Positions 38,815 to 51,786 of a DNA stretch of 64,000 bases are shown piece by piece (position 1 is the stretch's first letter; each line of letters opens with the position of its first letter). The stretch is taken from contig NC_058368.1 of NCBI RefSeq assembly GCF_018350175.1, positions 196,294,001-196,358,000 of the forward strand, written 5' to 3'. A model generated the notes under the pieces. That model made no database searches, was not told where the DNA came from, and saw only the letters and a list, made by a program, of their open reading frames with translations. The stretch comes from Felis catus (Eukaryota). Both the position numbers and the translations under genes were made by a program.

Positions 38815-39025
38815 GGGGCGCCTGGGTGGCTCAGCATGTTAAGCATCCCACTCTTGATTTCAGCTCCGGTCACGATCTCACGGTTTGTGAGATCGAGCCC
38901 CGAGTCTGACTCCCGAGTACTGACAGTGCAGAGCCGGCTTGGGAGTCTCTCTCCCTGCCCTCCCCCCACTCGCCTGCACTCTCCTCCCCACCTCTCAAAA
39001 ACTAAATAAAAACTTACCAAAAAAA
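38815..39025 (+). mobile_element. CanSINE
   Basis: ggggcgcctgggtggctcag head; CT-rich region; A-rich tail. Confidence 0.92.
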
Positions 39026-39499
39026 TGGATCATCCTGAAGAAAAGCTCCCTGTTGGGGTCAAGTCTGCACCCTAAGTCCCTCAGGTATGATTTTCTAACC
39101 ACATTCCCAGCCCTTGCCCCTGTGGATTCTGATTCCATAGGTTTGTGGTGGCCAAGACATGGCATTTCTAAGGCTTTCCCCACATTAGAGGTTCACTGTC
39201 TTAATGATAAGAGGCACTGGGATTTTGAAAAGGCTCGTTGTGGTCTCATACTGCTGGTCTCAGAGCAGACGGGGGTCATGGATGTAAACTGGCTCCGTGC
39301 TTCTTCACTGCGGTCCATTTTCTGGGTGACCTTGGGCAACAAACTCAACCTCTCTGAGCCTCAGTTTCCTTCAGTAAAGAGATGATGACGATAGTATCCA
39401 TTTCAGCGGGTTGCTGTGGGGATGAAATGAGAGGCTGTGTATCAAGTGGCTACACGGTATTTGGCACATAGTTATTGTTTAATAAATTTTAATTTCTTA

Positions 39500-39721
39500 A
39501 AAAATTTTTTTTATTCCTTATTTAGTTTTGAGAGAGAGAGAGACACACACAGAATACAAGCAGGGGAGGAACAGAGAGAGAGACACACACAGAATCCGAA
39601 GCAGGCTCCGGGCTCTGGGCTGTCAGCACAGAGCCCGACATGGGGCTTGAACTCACAAACCACGAGTTCATGACCTGAGCTGAAGTCCAACGCTTAACCA
39701 CCTGAGCCACCCAGGCGCCCC
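39500..39721 (-). mobile_element. CanSINE (SINEC_Fc type) at the end of a MIR (~39270-39490)
   Basis: TSD taatttctt; gagccacccaggcgcccc. Confidence 0.94.
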
Positions 39722-40949
39722 TAATTTCTTTATTTTCAAACTGGAGCTTAGGGCTGAATGATAAGAGGCCACATAACATTTCCTTGGAGCATTGATTTTA
39801 CTCAATGATTATTTTGAGACAAATATTTATTTGTTAAACAGACAGAGAAATGTTTGGAACAGAATGCAAAATTTGTATGCATTATAAGTGGAAAATGTGA
39901 CCCGTCGAAGACATTGTCCACATGGAGTAATGGTTATGGCTGGCGTCCCTGAGACCCCACATGTGCAGCCATTATCCTCTCCTCTAGAGACCAGGATGGG
40001 AAGATTTGTGAAGTCTTAAATTTTTGTTCACTTACGCCCTTTTTGTAGAGGGGAATCTGAGGCCCAGAGAGAAAGGGTATATCCAGGTTATCACTGGCAG
40101 AACTGGGACCCCGTCCCCTGCTCAGTCTCCCACATGTAAAAGTCCATGTCTGACGAAGAGACACTGGCTCAGCCAGAAGCTTCTCCCCGTGTCTGGCAGG
40201 AGAGAGGAGCCCTGCGCCTCCCCCAGCTTCTTCGGACCGCAGAGAAAGTTTCAAAAAAAAAAAAAAAAAAAAAAACATTTTCTGGTGTTAATTTGTTAAG
40301 TCTTCTTACTAAGTGAGAATAGCAGCTGGTGGGGTAGATTCTGACCTAACATTAAAGTTAATTAGAAATGTCATCCTCTAGGGAACATTTCCCCCTGAGC
40401 AAAGAAAGAGACATTAATATTTCAGAGCACCTCAGGCTTCATGCACAGGCCTCTCACCCTCTGAGCTGCATTGAGGCCCTGCCAGGCTCCTTCCCACTTC
40501 CCTACCTCCTCCTGGTCAACTCCATGAAAAATTAATTTCCTCCCCAAACCCAAAGAGCTGCCTCAGAATCTGGGCAGAGACATTCTGGGAAATACCAGCC
40601 AGGAATGCTGATCCAATCTCAGTCTCGGCATGCTGTGTGACCTTGAGAGAGTGCCTTAACCTCTCTGGGGCCTCAGCTTTCCCATCTGTAGGGGAGCACT
40701 CCTGGATTGAATGAATGAACACCTGGTAGGTGAGAAATGCCAGAGATTGCTACTGAGCAGCTGCTGAATGAATCTCTCACGCAGCAACAGGACTGCTGAG
40801 GACATGGAAGGAACCCAAAACCAGAATGAATTTCTCCACATCTCAGAAGCACCAGACTCCCAGATTTCCCATCCCAGAGATGAAGCTACTAGGGAGATTT
40901 CTGCTCACTAGACTTCCACTGCTGGCAAACTTGATGTCCTGAGTGGCTG

Positions 40950-41300
40950 GAGGCAGAGCCAAGTTAGCCATAGTCTCTGGCTGCATTAAGAGAGGTATAG
41001 TGTCTAGAATTAGGGAGGGGATTGAGAGTGTTACCCCAGACCTGATATGCTGCAAAATTCAAGCCACACTGAGGTTTGTGTGCTCACACTCAGAGAGGCA
41101 TTTCAATAGCTCAAGGATGCTCAAAGAGTGGATGGCCAGCTTACGTCAGATCCTGCAAATCCCAACCCAGAGGCTTTCAGCCCTAAAAAGAGAAGACTAG
41201 TAGAGGGGGAGGGCAGAGGGTCTGGGGAAACAGGTGCACACTTCAGAGGCCCAGAAGGCAGAAAGGGTAAGAGAAATATAAGAAGGGGCTTTCAGGGGGG
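40950..41300 (+). mobile_element. L3/CR1 LINE fragment
   Basis: tggctgcattaagagaggtatagtgtctagaattagggagg resembles CR1/L3 RT region. Confidence 0.45.
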
Positions 41301-43171
41301 GAGATTCTGACTTAAAAGAAGGAGGAGGTGGGTGCAAAGAGAGGGAGATGTCAAACAGGGCAGCAGGCTGCAGACCCCCAAATCCCAACCCAGATGGAAC
41401 CATCACGTATCAGGCTTCTGGAAAACATCCCTGCCCAGGCTGAAGACCAGAGGCTGTCCTCAGGGAAAACTTCCAATTCAGAGATTTCCGGATGACAATA
41501 ATCATAGCTCTTATTTATGGAGTGCCAGGCACTGCTCTAAACGCTTTAGATTATGCATCATTATTTACATACATGAGTTGATATAAAGGGCTTGGAACCG
41601 TAGCTGGTCCTTAGTGAGAACCATCTATGTATTAGTTATTCCTACTGATACATTCTTAACTCACTCGGTCCTGGGAACCACCCTGTGAGGTAAGTAGTGT
41701 CCGTAGCTCCGTTATACGTACGGGGAAACTGAGGCATGCAGAAGCACCTTGCTCAAGGTCACAGTTATGAAGTGGCAGAGAATCTGGATCCAAACCCAGG
41801 GACTCTGGCTCCAGAATCCATGCCCCTGACCGTGTCGCTAGCCTCCCTGAGATGGCAGTGAGAGGCAGCCCACAGGAGACAGGGCGTTAATTAAGCACAG
41901 GCTCGTGCAATGTCAGGCTGGAAGGAATCGTAAGGTCTGTACAGAAAAGGCTAGGAGGTGGGACAGGTGCCATGGCCTGCCCGGAGCACGTGGCCCGCTC
42001 TGGATCCTCAGCCTGATTCTGCGTGGGAGTGGAATGAGGCATCTCCTGGCAGGGATGGGTTTCTTCCCACCCTCTGTCTCCAGGAAGGAGGGCAGAGTCG
42101 ACCTGGAGGCCAGGCTCTTGGGCTCCTAGGGACAGGGACCACCTGGCAACTTGGGCAATTCTAGTACACAGGGTGAAGACAGCAGCCCCAGGCCCCGGTG
42201 TTGGGTCCACCCACTGATTCATTCATTCAAGCCTCCTCTGCCCCCGCCCCAGGCAAGACCCCAGAGGGAGCCGGCAGAGCTCAAGGTCTAAGACAGTCTC
42301 ATTCCCAGCCCTGGTAAATCTTAGCAGAGCCAGCAGGTAAAGAATTAGCCCCTCACTGTGGTACTGACATTGGAGAAAATCACCAGTATGTCTACGGAGC
42401 ACCCACTGTGTGCCAAGAGCCGTGCTGGGCACAGGGCCCCTGCCCCGAGAACAGTATGACGACTCTGGTTGGGGCGGTCAGCCCACCGCAGCAGACCGGC
42501 CGACCTCTCTCAGCTCCGGTTTGCTCATCGCTGATGTGGAAGTGATGGCCACGTGAAGCTGTGCTGTGAGGCTTCGAGATTCCACAGGTAGAGCACATAG
42601 CACAGTGCCTGATGCACTCGTTCGTTCAGGGATGAGTGCCTGGGGGGGCCAGGGGTCCCATCCAGGTCCAGGGATCCTGTGCGACACAGGCAGCCACAGC
42701 CCAGCTTCCGTGGAGCACATATTTGACTTGGGAAATAGATGAGCTTATGGGCCTGATACGTCAGGGAGCATGTGGGGTGTGGGGGTCCTGTGGAAAAGGC
42801 CATGGGCTGGGAGCCAAATTCTGCACCCAGTGTGTTCTATGTCCTCGGGCAAGTCACCCCCCTTACTGGGCCTCCATTTCCCCAAAAGTCTGATAAGGAG
42901 GCTGAGTCCCTGGTCCCCAAGGGTTCTTTCAGCCTGGATGTCGTAGGACCCTGTGTCCTCTGGGCCTGAGGTGAGCTCCCTGGCGTGAGACGGGGTGGGG
43001 TTGCATGGGCGGTGGTGAGGAAAGGGGCAGGGACAGGGCCTCAGCCAGGTGTGGTCCCCTCCTTCGGCCCCAGACTGAGAAATGACAGTGTGCCCTTGAA
43101 CCTCACCAAGGCTGCTCCAGTAGGCCGGAGAGCTGACTGGGTTTGGAGTGAAGCTTGGGCCTGGGTCGGCG

Positions 43172-43172
<1 letters not shown>

Positions 43173-43216
<44 letters not shown>
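43173..43216 (+). repeat. G44 homopolymer
   Basis: 44 consecutive G. Confidence 0.9.
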
Positions 43217-43218
<2 letters not shown>

Positions 43219-44273
43219 CTGCCACCAGGGAACCATGCGAGGCTTCTGGTGAGACAGCCCTGCCGGGAGCCACGACACCCGGCTCCAGCTTCCTCTGTCA
43301 CGGAGGCCCAGTGTCCTTGTGGATCAGATGGGGGGCACTGGCCCTTGCTGGCCTCCCGGGGTGTCTGTGAGAAGCGGGTGTGGCAACCTGTGTAGGAGAA
43401 GGCAGGAAACGGCCGTGCTGAAAATGCGTACCTACAGTGGGCCCCGGGGGCTTCGTGCTCATCGCCTCATCCCACCTCGTTACCACATTACTGGGGGTGG
43501 GGGGGGGCACTGTTGTCCCCATCTGACAGGCCAGGAAACAACCCTGTGGCCTTGTTACACAGCGTGTAAGGACCTGCGCCGGCATTTCCATGAGGTCTGT
43601 CTGGCCCTCAAGTCTGGGTTTGGCACTGAAGGGATGAGAGGTGGTGGTGTTTCCATTTCACAGATGGGAAAACCGGGGCTCGGAACAGCACACATCTGAT
43701 AAGAAAGCTGATGCCTAAACCTGTACTAGAAAGACCAGTTATTTGTAGTGTTTCAGGGGTGGCCAGGGGAGGCCAGGTCTCAGCAACTGGGATTCGTTAA
43801 GGCCTAGAAAGTTCTGAACAGCTCAGTGCCTGATTCCTACAGGCACCCAAATAGACCAAAACACTCACCCAGACCTGAGGGAGGAGTAAAGCCCTAAGAC
43901 CTTCCTTGGGGGCCCCAGTTTGGGCCCGGGGTGGGAGGGCCCTGGTTCATGGCTACTAGGTCCAGCCCCACCGTTGACCTGGTTTTGATTCAGGCGGCAA
44001 AGCAAGGGGATGGGGGCGGGGGCGTATTTTGGAGACAACCTGGGTTCACATGAGACCTAACGTCAGCATGTCTGCCATGCACGCCTCAGTGAGACAAAGG
44101 CTTCCACCTGGGGCACTGGCTTTGCCTTCTGCAGTTGAGGGAACTGTCACACCTTTTCCCCACTTTCCTGGGCCTCAGTTTCTGCTTCTGTGAAATGGGA
44201 GTCATGATACCTACCTCCCAGGGATAACGTGAATATAAATGAAGACAGTCTCCACGAGGCCCTCAGGTCCTAG

Positions 44274-44450
<177 letters not shown>

Positions 44451-47049
44451 TGAGTTGGCTGGGCCCATTCTGCATGTCATGTCCAGATGGTTGTTCAGGG
44501 GGAGGGGGTGCTGATGGCTAACTTTGGGGGTCCCGGTCTCTGACCCTCAGTCACTCCCTCTGCATGAGCTGTGAGTCAGACTGAGCTCATAGGTCTGTTT
44601 TGCATTTAGACTTTATGCTTTAGTGAAGCTTTCTGTTCATAGTACTTCTCTGTATTTCGCTCCTCCCTCTCCTCCTCCTCCTCCTCCTATCTTGTTCCTC
44701 AGGAGGGGCTCCAACCAAACCCCTTTGCTTCTCCAAGGAAACAGAGGGTGGTCTCCACCACAGCATGGGTCTCCTCAGGAGATGAGTGGGGAAGGAGGGG
44801 AGGGAGGCGGGCCGGGCCGCTCTTCAGACCTGCTGCAATTGGCCTGACCTCAGGAGGGCAGGGTAGGGTATGTCCTCCAGGGAGCAGGGGTGAGCAAAAG
44901 AACCTCAAAACAGAACCTTAAATCCTTTGGGGGAATAAGGCAGAGTGTCCAAAACTAACATTAAATGAAACAGGTGGTCTGAGACTGTCCCCTGCGCATC
45001 TGGACCAGCCTTTCGTGGGGCGGCTGTGTGCAAAGGCTGAGCTGGAACGCCCCCTAGTGGTCACCCGTATGCCCCCTCCCTGGTCTGGCCCAGAAGCAGG
45101 CCCCACCGGGGCCCTTAGCCGACCCCAAAGAGTGGGAGGAGTCTCCACCACTCAGGCAGGGCTGACAAGACCCCACATATGCTTTTTGGTGGGCAAAAGC
45201 TGCCAACTGAGGCAGAATGACCCTCGACTGTTGGGTTCAGGTGAAGGGGGAATAACGTAGCCGGGGTTTGGTTCTTGGGCAGCTGGTTCCTGGTTTCCAC
45301 TGTGCCCAGGAGCTGAAGTTTGTCTCCCAAAGGTTTGGCAGGCCAGGTACATGGTAATTGTGGGAGGGTGTTGGCAGCAGCCGATGACGGGAAGGCCCCA
45401 GCAATCCCCTGGTTATGTCTGGATGAACAAGGACTCTGGAAGGGACAGGTGTGAGACAGGCCACACGTACGCACGTGTGTGCGCACTTGTCTACACTGCA
45501 TGTTTGTGACTGTGTGCATAAGGGCCGTGCACAGGTGTGTATGCACGTGTGGACCTGGGTAAAGCATGAAAGCCCAGAAACACGCTGTTGAATGCGTCTT
45601 GTGGCCAGCCCTAAGTGTTAAATCAGCCACAGGAAGAGTCATCGAGTCTCTCTGGAGAGATGCACCCAAGGAGGGGGGAAAGAGAGGTGGCTTCTGTGGA
45701 CCCCAGCCCCCCACCAGTGCCATTTCTGGGGACCCGCTCTCACCTCTGTGATGTTACTTTCTCTGGCATCGGTAGCCTACTCCCGGTTCTGACCCCTTGC
45801 CACGACCCCTGGAGCCTGTGGTACCCTGAGTCTGGCCCTGTGTAACCCTCACTGACTGAGCCTCAGTGTCTCTAGATGTATAATGGAGTTGGAGAAGGTG
45901 GTCCCTGAGTCCCTTCAAAGGCAGGGGCTTCTCCAGTGGGGTGCTCAGTCTCCCGGACACTCAGAGCTCAGACCCCCACCCTTGGAGGATTCTGGAGCTG
46001 AAGGGTCCCGAGCATCTCCTATGGTCTAAGCGGAGTCCCCAGCCCCTGGCTAGTCCGCCTGGAGAATTTGAGGGGCTGAGTGGAGAAGTGCATTGTCTGG
46101 GTCACATGGACGGGACAGTCAGGGAAGAGCCGGGAGACAGTGGCTCGCAGTAGCCAATGTCCAGCTCAGACGATGCCGGGCCTGATACCCATCCACCAGT
46201 GTCTCCGGTTCCTCCCCGGGGTTGGGATCTTTGCTTGTGCTGAGGTACTTCCTGTCCCTGGCTTCACCGTCATTGTCACAGGGGTCTGTGTCGTGCCACA
46301 GATCCTAGAGACCTGGGGGTGGGGGAGGGGTGGGGAAGATGGCCTTTTTCCTTCCTCAACCTGGATGTCAGGTTTCCTCAGAAGGCTGAGACCTGGAAGG
46401 GAGCTCTGAGCTGAAAACGCACAGCAGAGGGCCTCCTCACCTTGCCCTGTGCGCCTCCCTCCCAGGCATGAAAAACCTGACGGAATGCTATTTTCCTCAT
46501 GTTATAGAAGAGGAAACTGCGGCTCTCGCTGAGGGCAAAAAGGCCATTTTTAAAGTAGCAAAACGCACCCCCTCCAGGGATGTACCTGTTTGGTGAGCAG
46601 AAGTCACTTTGGTGTGAAGGGAAAGGTCCTCCCCACCGGGAAAAGCCCCTCTGGCTTCTGCTGCCCCCGGCGGGGAGATGCAGGTTGGAGAGGCCCGGAC
46701 AGACTGAGTCGCTGAGTCAGCCCCCGCCTGGGGTCTCTGCACGACGCTTCACGGCCACTCATGGCATGCTTGGTGGGTGATGTTAAGCCACTAGCCACTT
46801 GCTGGGGATCTTATAACCAGTGAGTGGCAGGGCCAGGACCCGAGTCGAACCCTGGCCTCCCAGTTCTACCACTGGATGGTGGTGGGTGCCTCATAGCACA
46901 GTTTGCAAGCCCTGTCCCACCTGCTGACGTCACTGATCCTGTGAGGTGGGTTCCATCCCTCTGGTTTCTCAGGCCCACCCTCCTCTAGTCCAGGCCCTGG
47001 AGTTAGAGGGTGGCCCTAAGAGACTACTCCTAACTCCTCTTTCCTCTGA

Positions 47050-47232
<183 letters not shown>

Positions 47233-50200
47233 TGACAGGCAGGGCCCCCGGGGAAGCTCAGGAGCCAGCGAAGAGGAAGATCCCGTGTGGACAGGGGTTG
47301 GTACCACCTTGGTTCCCTCTCATAACCTGGGCCCATCCGACTGCCGGCTGTCCCTCCGGTGGCTGAGGACGGGGACCTGGGACAAGTGTGACAAGTACTC
47401 CCAGCCCTCTTCTGCCCTTGACCCTGGGAGGGCTGGGGGAGGACCTTTGTTCCCATTTTACAGATATGGGAGCCTTCTTGCCGGAGCATGTACCCAAGTT
47501 ACAGCCATCTAGACGCCTGGGGCCACCCCAGCTGTCCAACTGGTCACAAGCCGGCTCATGGGCTGTTAATGCCTGTGGGTGGGCAGTCCAGGGAAGAGGA
47601 GGGGACCCGAGCTCACACTGCTGTGCCCCTGCCTGTTTGTCTAGGTCTCTGTCCGCATGTCTGTCCTTACTGGGCCTCTCCTCTGCAGGAGAGACCCTGG
47701 CAGCTTTGCAACCAGGGGCTGTCAGGGGGCTGAGGCTGGGCCTGACCGAGGGCGCTTTCTGCCTGTGTCCATGTCTCATCTTGGCCAGGGGTCAGACAGG
47801 GACGAACCAAAGCACACGCAGGTTAGAATCATCTAGCTCAGGACCTGAGAAGTGGCATATCCAGGGTACCCCAAAGGGAAGGCATATACCACTGAGGCTA
47901 CGCAAGATGACATCCGGTGCACGTGGGCATCACTTGAAACAACATTGGTTCACACAGTGAGAAAGTTGGTCCCTTTCTAAATTCTCTTTCAATACGTCTG
48001 GTTTCATCAGGGGGAAAGGCTCAGCTGGGTGCTGGTCTTAAACATCTCTCCAACCTTCTAATTTATCTCTTCATCAAAGAGAGAACGGTCTCAGGCTCAG
48101 ATCCTTTGCGGGCAAGAGCTCGGAGCTAGGATTACATAACTTTATTTCATTTACACTGGACTCGTGATTAAACTTGTATTCTGTGATACTGGTTGTTCAT
48201 TACTGATTGTGCCAGGAAGTTTTCTTTTATAATAAATTGGCATAAATTGATAAAGTGTATTGATTTAAGGAAGGATTTTAATGAAGTCAGTGTAGTGGCA
48301 CTTGTAGGTGGCTAAAACAAAGGGGGCATTTAACTGACTTAAAAAGGATCTAGTCCAACTCTACAACACCCGGAAGGGAAAACTGAGGCCCAGAGAGGGG
48401 AAATGACTCATCCAAAGGAACCCAGAAAGTCAGTAGCAGAACCCAGTCCTGACTCACTCCTTCCCTTTTCCTGCCCTGGGTCACCCCCTCTCAACTATGT
48501 GTTAGCAGCCCCCAGCTGGACACTCCTCTCCTGCCTGCACCCAATCTAGGGGCTCAAGAGCACCCCCAAAAAGCTGCAGAGAAGGAAGTTGCATTTTCCC
48601 TTGATTAATCAAACTCTGATATTCCAAGGCTAGCGATGGAGGTTAAATTCTCATGTGAAGAGAGGTGGCTGGACCCCAAGTGTCCCCATCTCCCTGGAGC
48701 TCCCTCGCTGATCACCATGGCCACCTCTATACAGGCCTGTCCTCTGGGGGCGCTGGTTCCCCAGAGTGGACTCCCCAATCCCCAGCCAATAGAGCAGAAA
48801 CCAGGCTGAGCTGGCTCTAAAGGCTCAGGGGTGGGAAAAAGAAAATAAACACAAAGAGAAGGCTGAACTAGTTGTTGGCCTGCGTCCAGGCAGGGGGCCC
48901 CATCACAGCACCGGCCCCCTGGACTGCAGGTTTGAACGCCGAAGGGCCCATGAGAGCAAGACCCGGAGTAATGCCCCGCCCCAGGCCAAGTCTCATCATC
49001 CAGCCTGTTTTTCCCTGCTGGTGCTGGAGGACCTGGCCCTTTCTCCCACGCTGCCCACAAGGGTGGATGTTAGAAGGCTCCGGTCTAGTCAGAGACACCA
49101 GGTTAGGGTGGTCATTTCTTTACAAACGTCCCCCAGAACCCCAGCCCTTGCCAACAACAGCAAGGCGCAGTGCCCTCAACAATGCTGAGCTTGTCTGTCC
49201 CTTCTGAGACGGTTCTAGATTGTCCTAATTCAGTCCCGTCTGGAGACTGACTTCTTCTAGGTTCTACTGCATTTCCTTCAGGAAGCGGCCCAGCTTGGGA
49301 CAAGTCAGATTGCTTCTCTGGACCTCAGCTTCCAGATGTGCTAAAATGGACGCATTGAACTAGACGGTCTGGAGTGCCTCCAGCCCTGATTGCTGTCAAG
49401 GATACTTGCTGAGGCCTCCTTGCATTTGGTAGGAAGGCCACTGGGTGACCTTCGACCTCGGAGGTCTCTCCCAAGCCTATAATGCAAACGCTCTACATTC
49501 TCTCTGAGAGCCCCACATTGTAACAGTCTGGTTAGTGTAGTCTACATATGTAAGACTCAGTGATTTGGAATTCTGTAGGCAAAGCCTGGGTATAGTGAGA
49601 TTAGAATATTAGGGATGCTTCCAGTAGTCCTGGAAAAAAAAAAAAAAGACATTTTATGTTTTCTAGGAAATCAGTGGTTCACAAACCAGGCTGGGCTTCA
49701 GAATCAAAGGGTGGGGAGGGGAAGGGGGCTTTTTAATAGTATAGATTTTTGAATTGTCATCTCTAAGGGAAGAGATGGGCAGTGTATATTTTAAGTCAGC
49801 TCTCTATGGGATTTGGACCTACATCTGGGCTACACCAAGAGAAGGCATGAGGGTTCCTCTAAAGCCTGGGACCCTGGTAACCCCTGTCCAGCCCCTCCCT
49901 GGGTCATTGTCTTTCTGTGCTTTTGTTTTCTATCTTGCTAAAAAAAATGGAGAGTTCCAAGAACCAAAATAATTAACCCTACTACTACTACTAATAACAA
50001 TAGTAACTCATATTTTGCATAGAGAAAGCTGGTTTCAAGTACCTTTGTCAGTTCTGTCCTGATCATAAGAGTTACGTTTTTCCACCTAACTCTGGAGAAC
50101 TCCACGACCTCACCCCATGACCCCTAATTCCATCCTTACAATTCGAGATCCTAAGATTCTGCAGTTTCAATATTACCCAGGTTTCCATAATTCTTTCTGT

Positions 50201-50386
50201 TTGCCAGTAGGGATAGCAACTGAGGGGTCCACGGGCCATCTGGACTGTACATATGTTTCATGGGGCTCGCATGTTTTAAATTTGAGTTAAATACCAATAA
50301 TAAAAAATGAAGCATTTTCACATAAACATCCAGATTTCTGGATTCTCTTGAAAACTCAGAAGGTGTGGCAACGTGGGTTCCACTTA

Positions 50387-50722
50387 GAGCTGACCCTTGA
50401 GCAACATGGGTTTGAACTGTGCCGGTCCACTTATATGTGCATTTTTCCCAATAAATACAGCACAGTGCAGTAAATGTATTTCCCTTTCCTATTAAGGAAT
50501 AACATTTTATGTCCCTTAGCTTACTTTAAGAATATAGCTCATAGTACAAATAACTTACAAAAGATGGGTTAATCGACTGTTGGTGTTATCAGTAAGGCTT
50601 CCAGTCAACGGACGGTTATTAGTAGTTAAGTTTTAGGGGAGTCAAAAGGTATATGTGGATTTTCAACTGTGCAGAGTGTGGGTGCCCTAACCTGCGCCCC
50701 CTCGTTGTTCCAGGGTCAGCCG
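50387..50722. mobile_element. Tigger2a/MER8-like TcMar-Tigger element inserted in a MER102-like fossil (~50205-50930)
   Basis: TIRs gagctgacccttgagcaac / gttgttccagggtcagccg; TA duplication at 50385-50386 and 50723-50724. Confidence 0.8.
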
Positions 50723-51092
50723 TACTCGCATATCAGCCACCAAGGAAGCTGTGTACAGGGCGCCCTCTGTAGGTGGGACATGGTGTCACCAGTCTCCCCC
50801 ATTCCTATGGCTCCCTGACTCCGAGGCAAAGGGTCTGTTGTCATTTAGCATTTTACACCCAGCTCACCAGCCTCGTTTATGTACACGCCTGGCCCCCGTA
50901 GGGAATCTGGGTTTGAGACCCTGGTCTAAGTTCATCTGATTCTGCCCTCATAGTCCTATACTTCTGTGTGTCTGAGATACCGTGATTCTAAAATCCCATT
51001 CCCCTGTGTTTAAAGAACTGGCATGCCTGAAATCCATTGTCTCTAAGCTGGGATCTGATCTAGTCATCTAGAAGGTCTGCCCTGACACCTAG

Positions 51093-51473
<381 letters not shown>

Positions 51474-51782
51474 TAAGAGCCTCTCCTTCCCGCCATCTGT
51501 CATCTAGGGCGATCTAAAGGAACGGGGTGGTGTCAGTCTGGAGGGGGACATGTTGGGGCACTTGGCTGCTGGAAGGCCATGGGGTGGGGGCTGGAGGACC
51601 ACAGGGAGGAGACCGGCCTGCAGGTCCCCGGTGGGGGAGGGGGGGCCAGGTAGGGTGCTGGGTGGGGCCCACCAGAAGCAGCTCCGACTCCATCTAAGGA
51701 CGGGGGAGGGGTGGTTGCCCAAGGAAAGCATGCCGCCCTCGGAAGCAACCGCCATTACCCACAGACATACCATTTCTTACAG

Positions 51783-51786
51783 TTGA
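51783..51786 (+). CDS. CAMK2A: CaMKII alpha terminal exon, coding part (last base of His codon + TGA)
   Basis: tttcttacAG|T TGA completes CAT(His)-stop; total length fits 478 aa. Confidence 0.93.

Noticed and set aside
50758..50776. CTCF-like CCTACAGAGGGCGC on - strand
   Set aside because: Two core mismatches and located inside a transposon fossil
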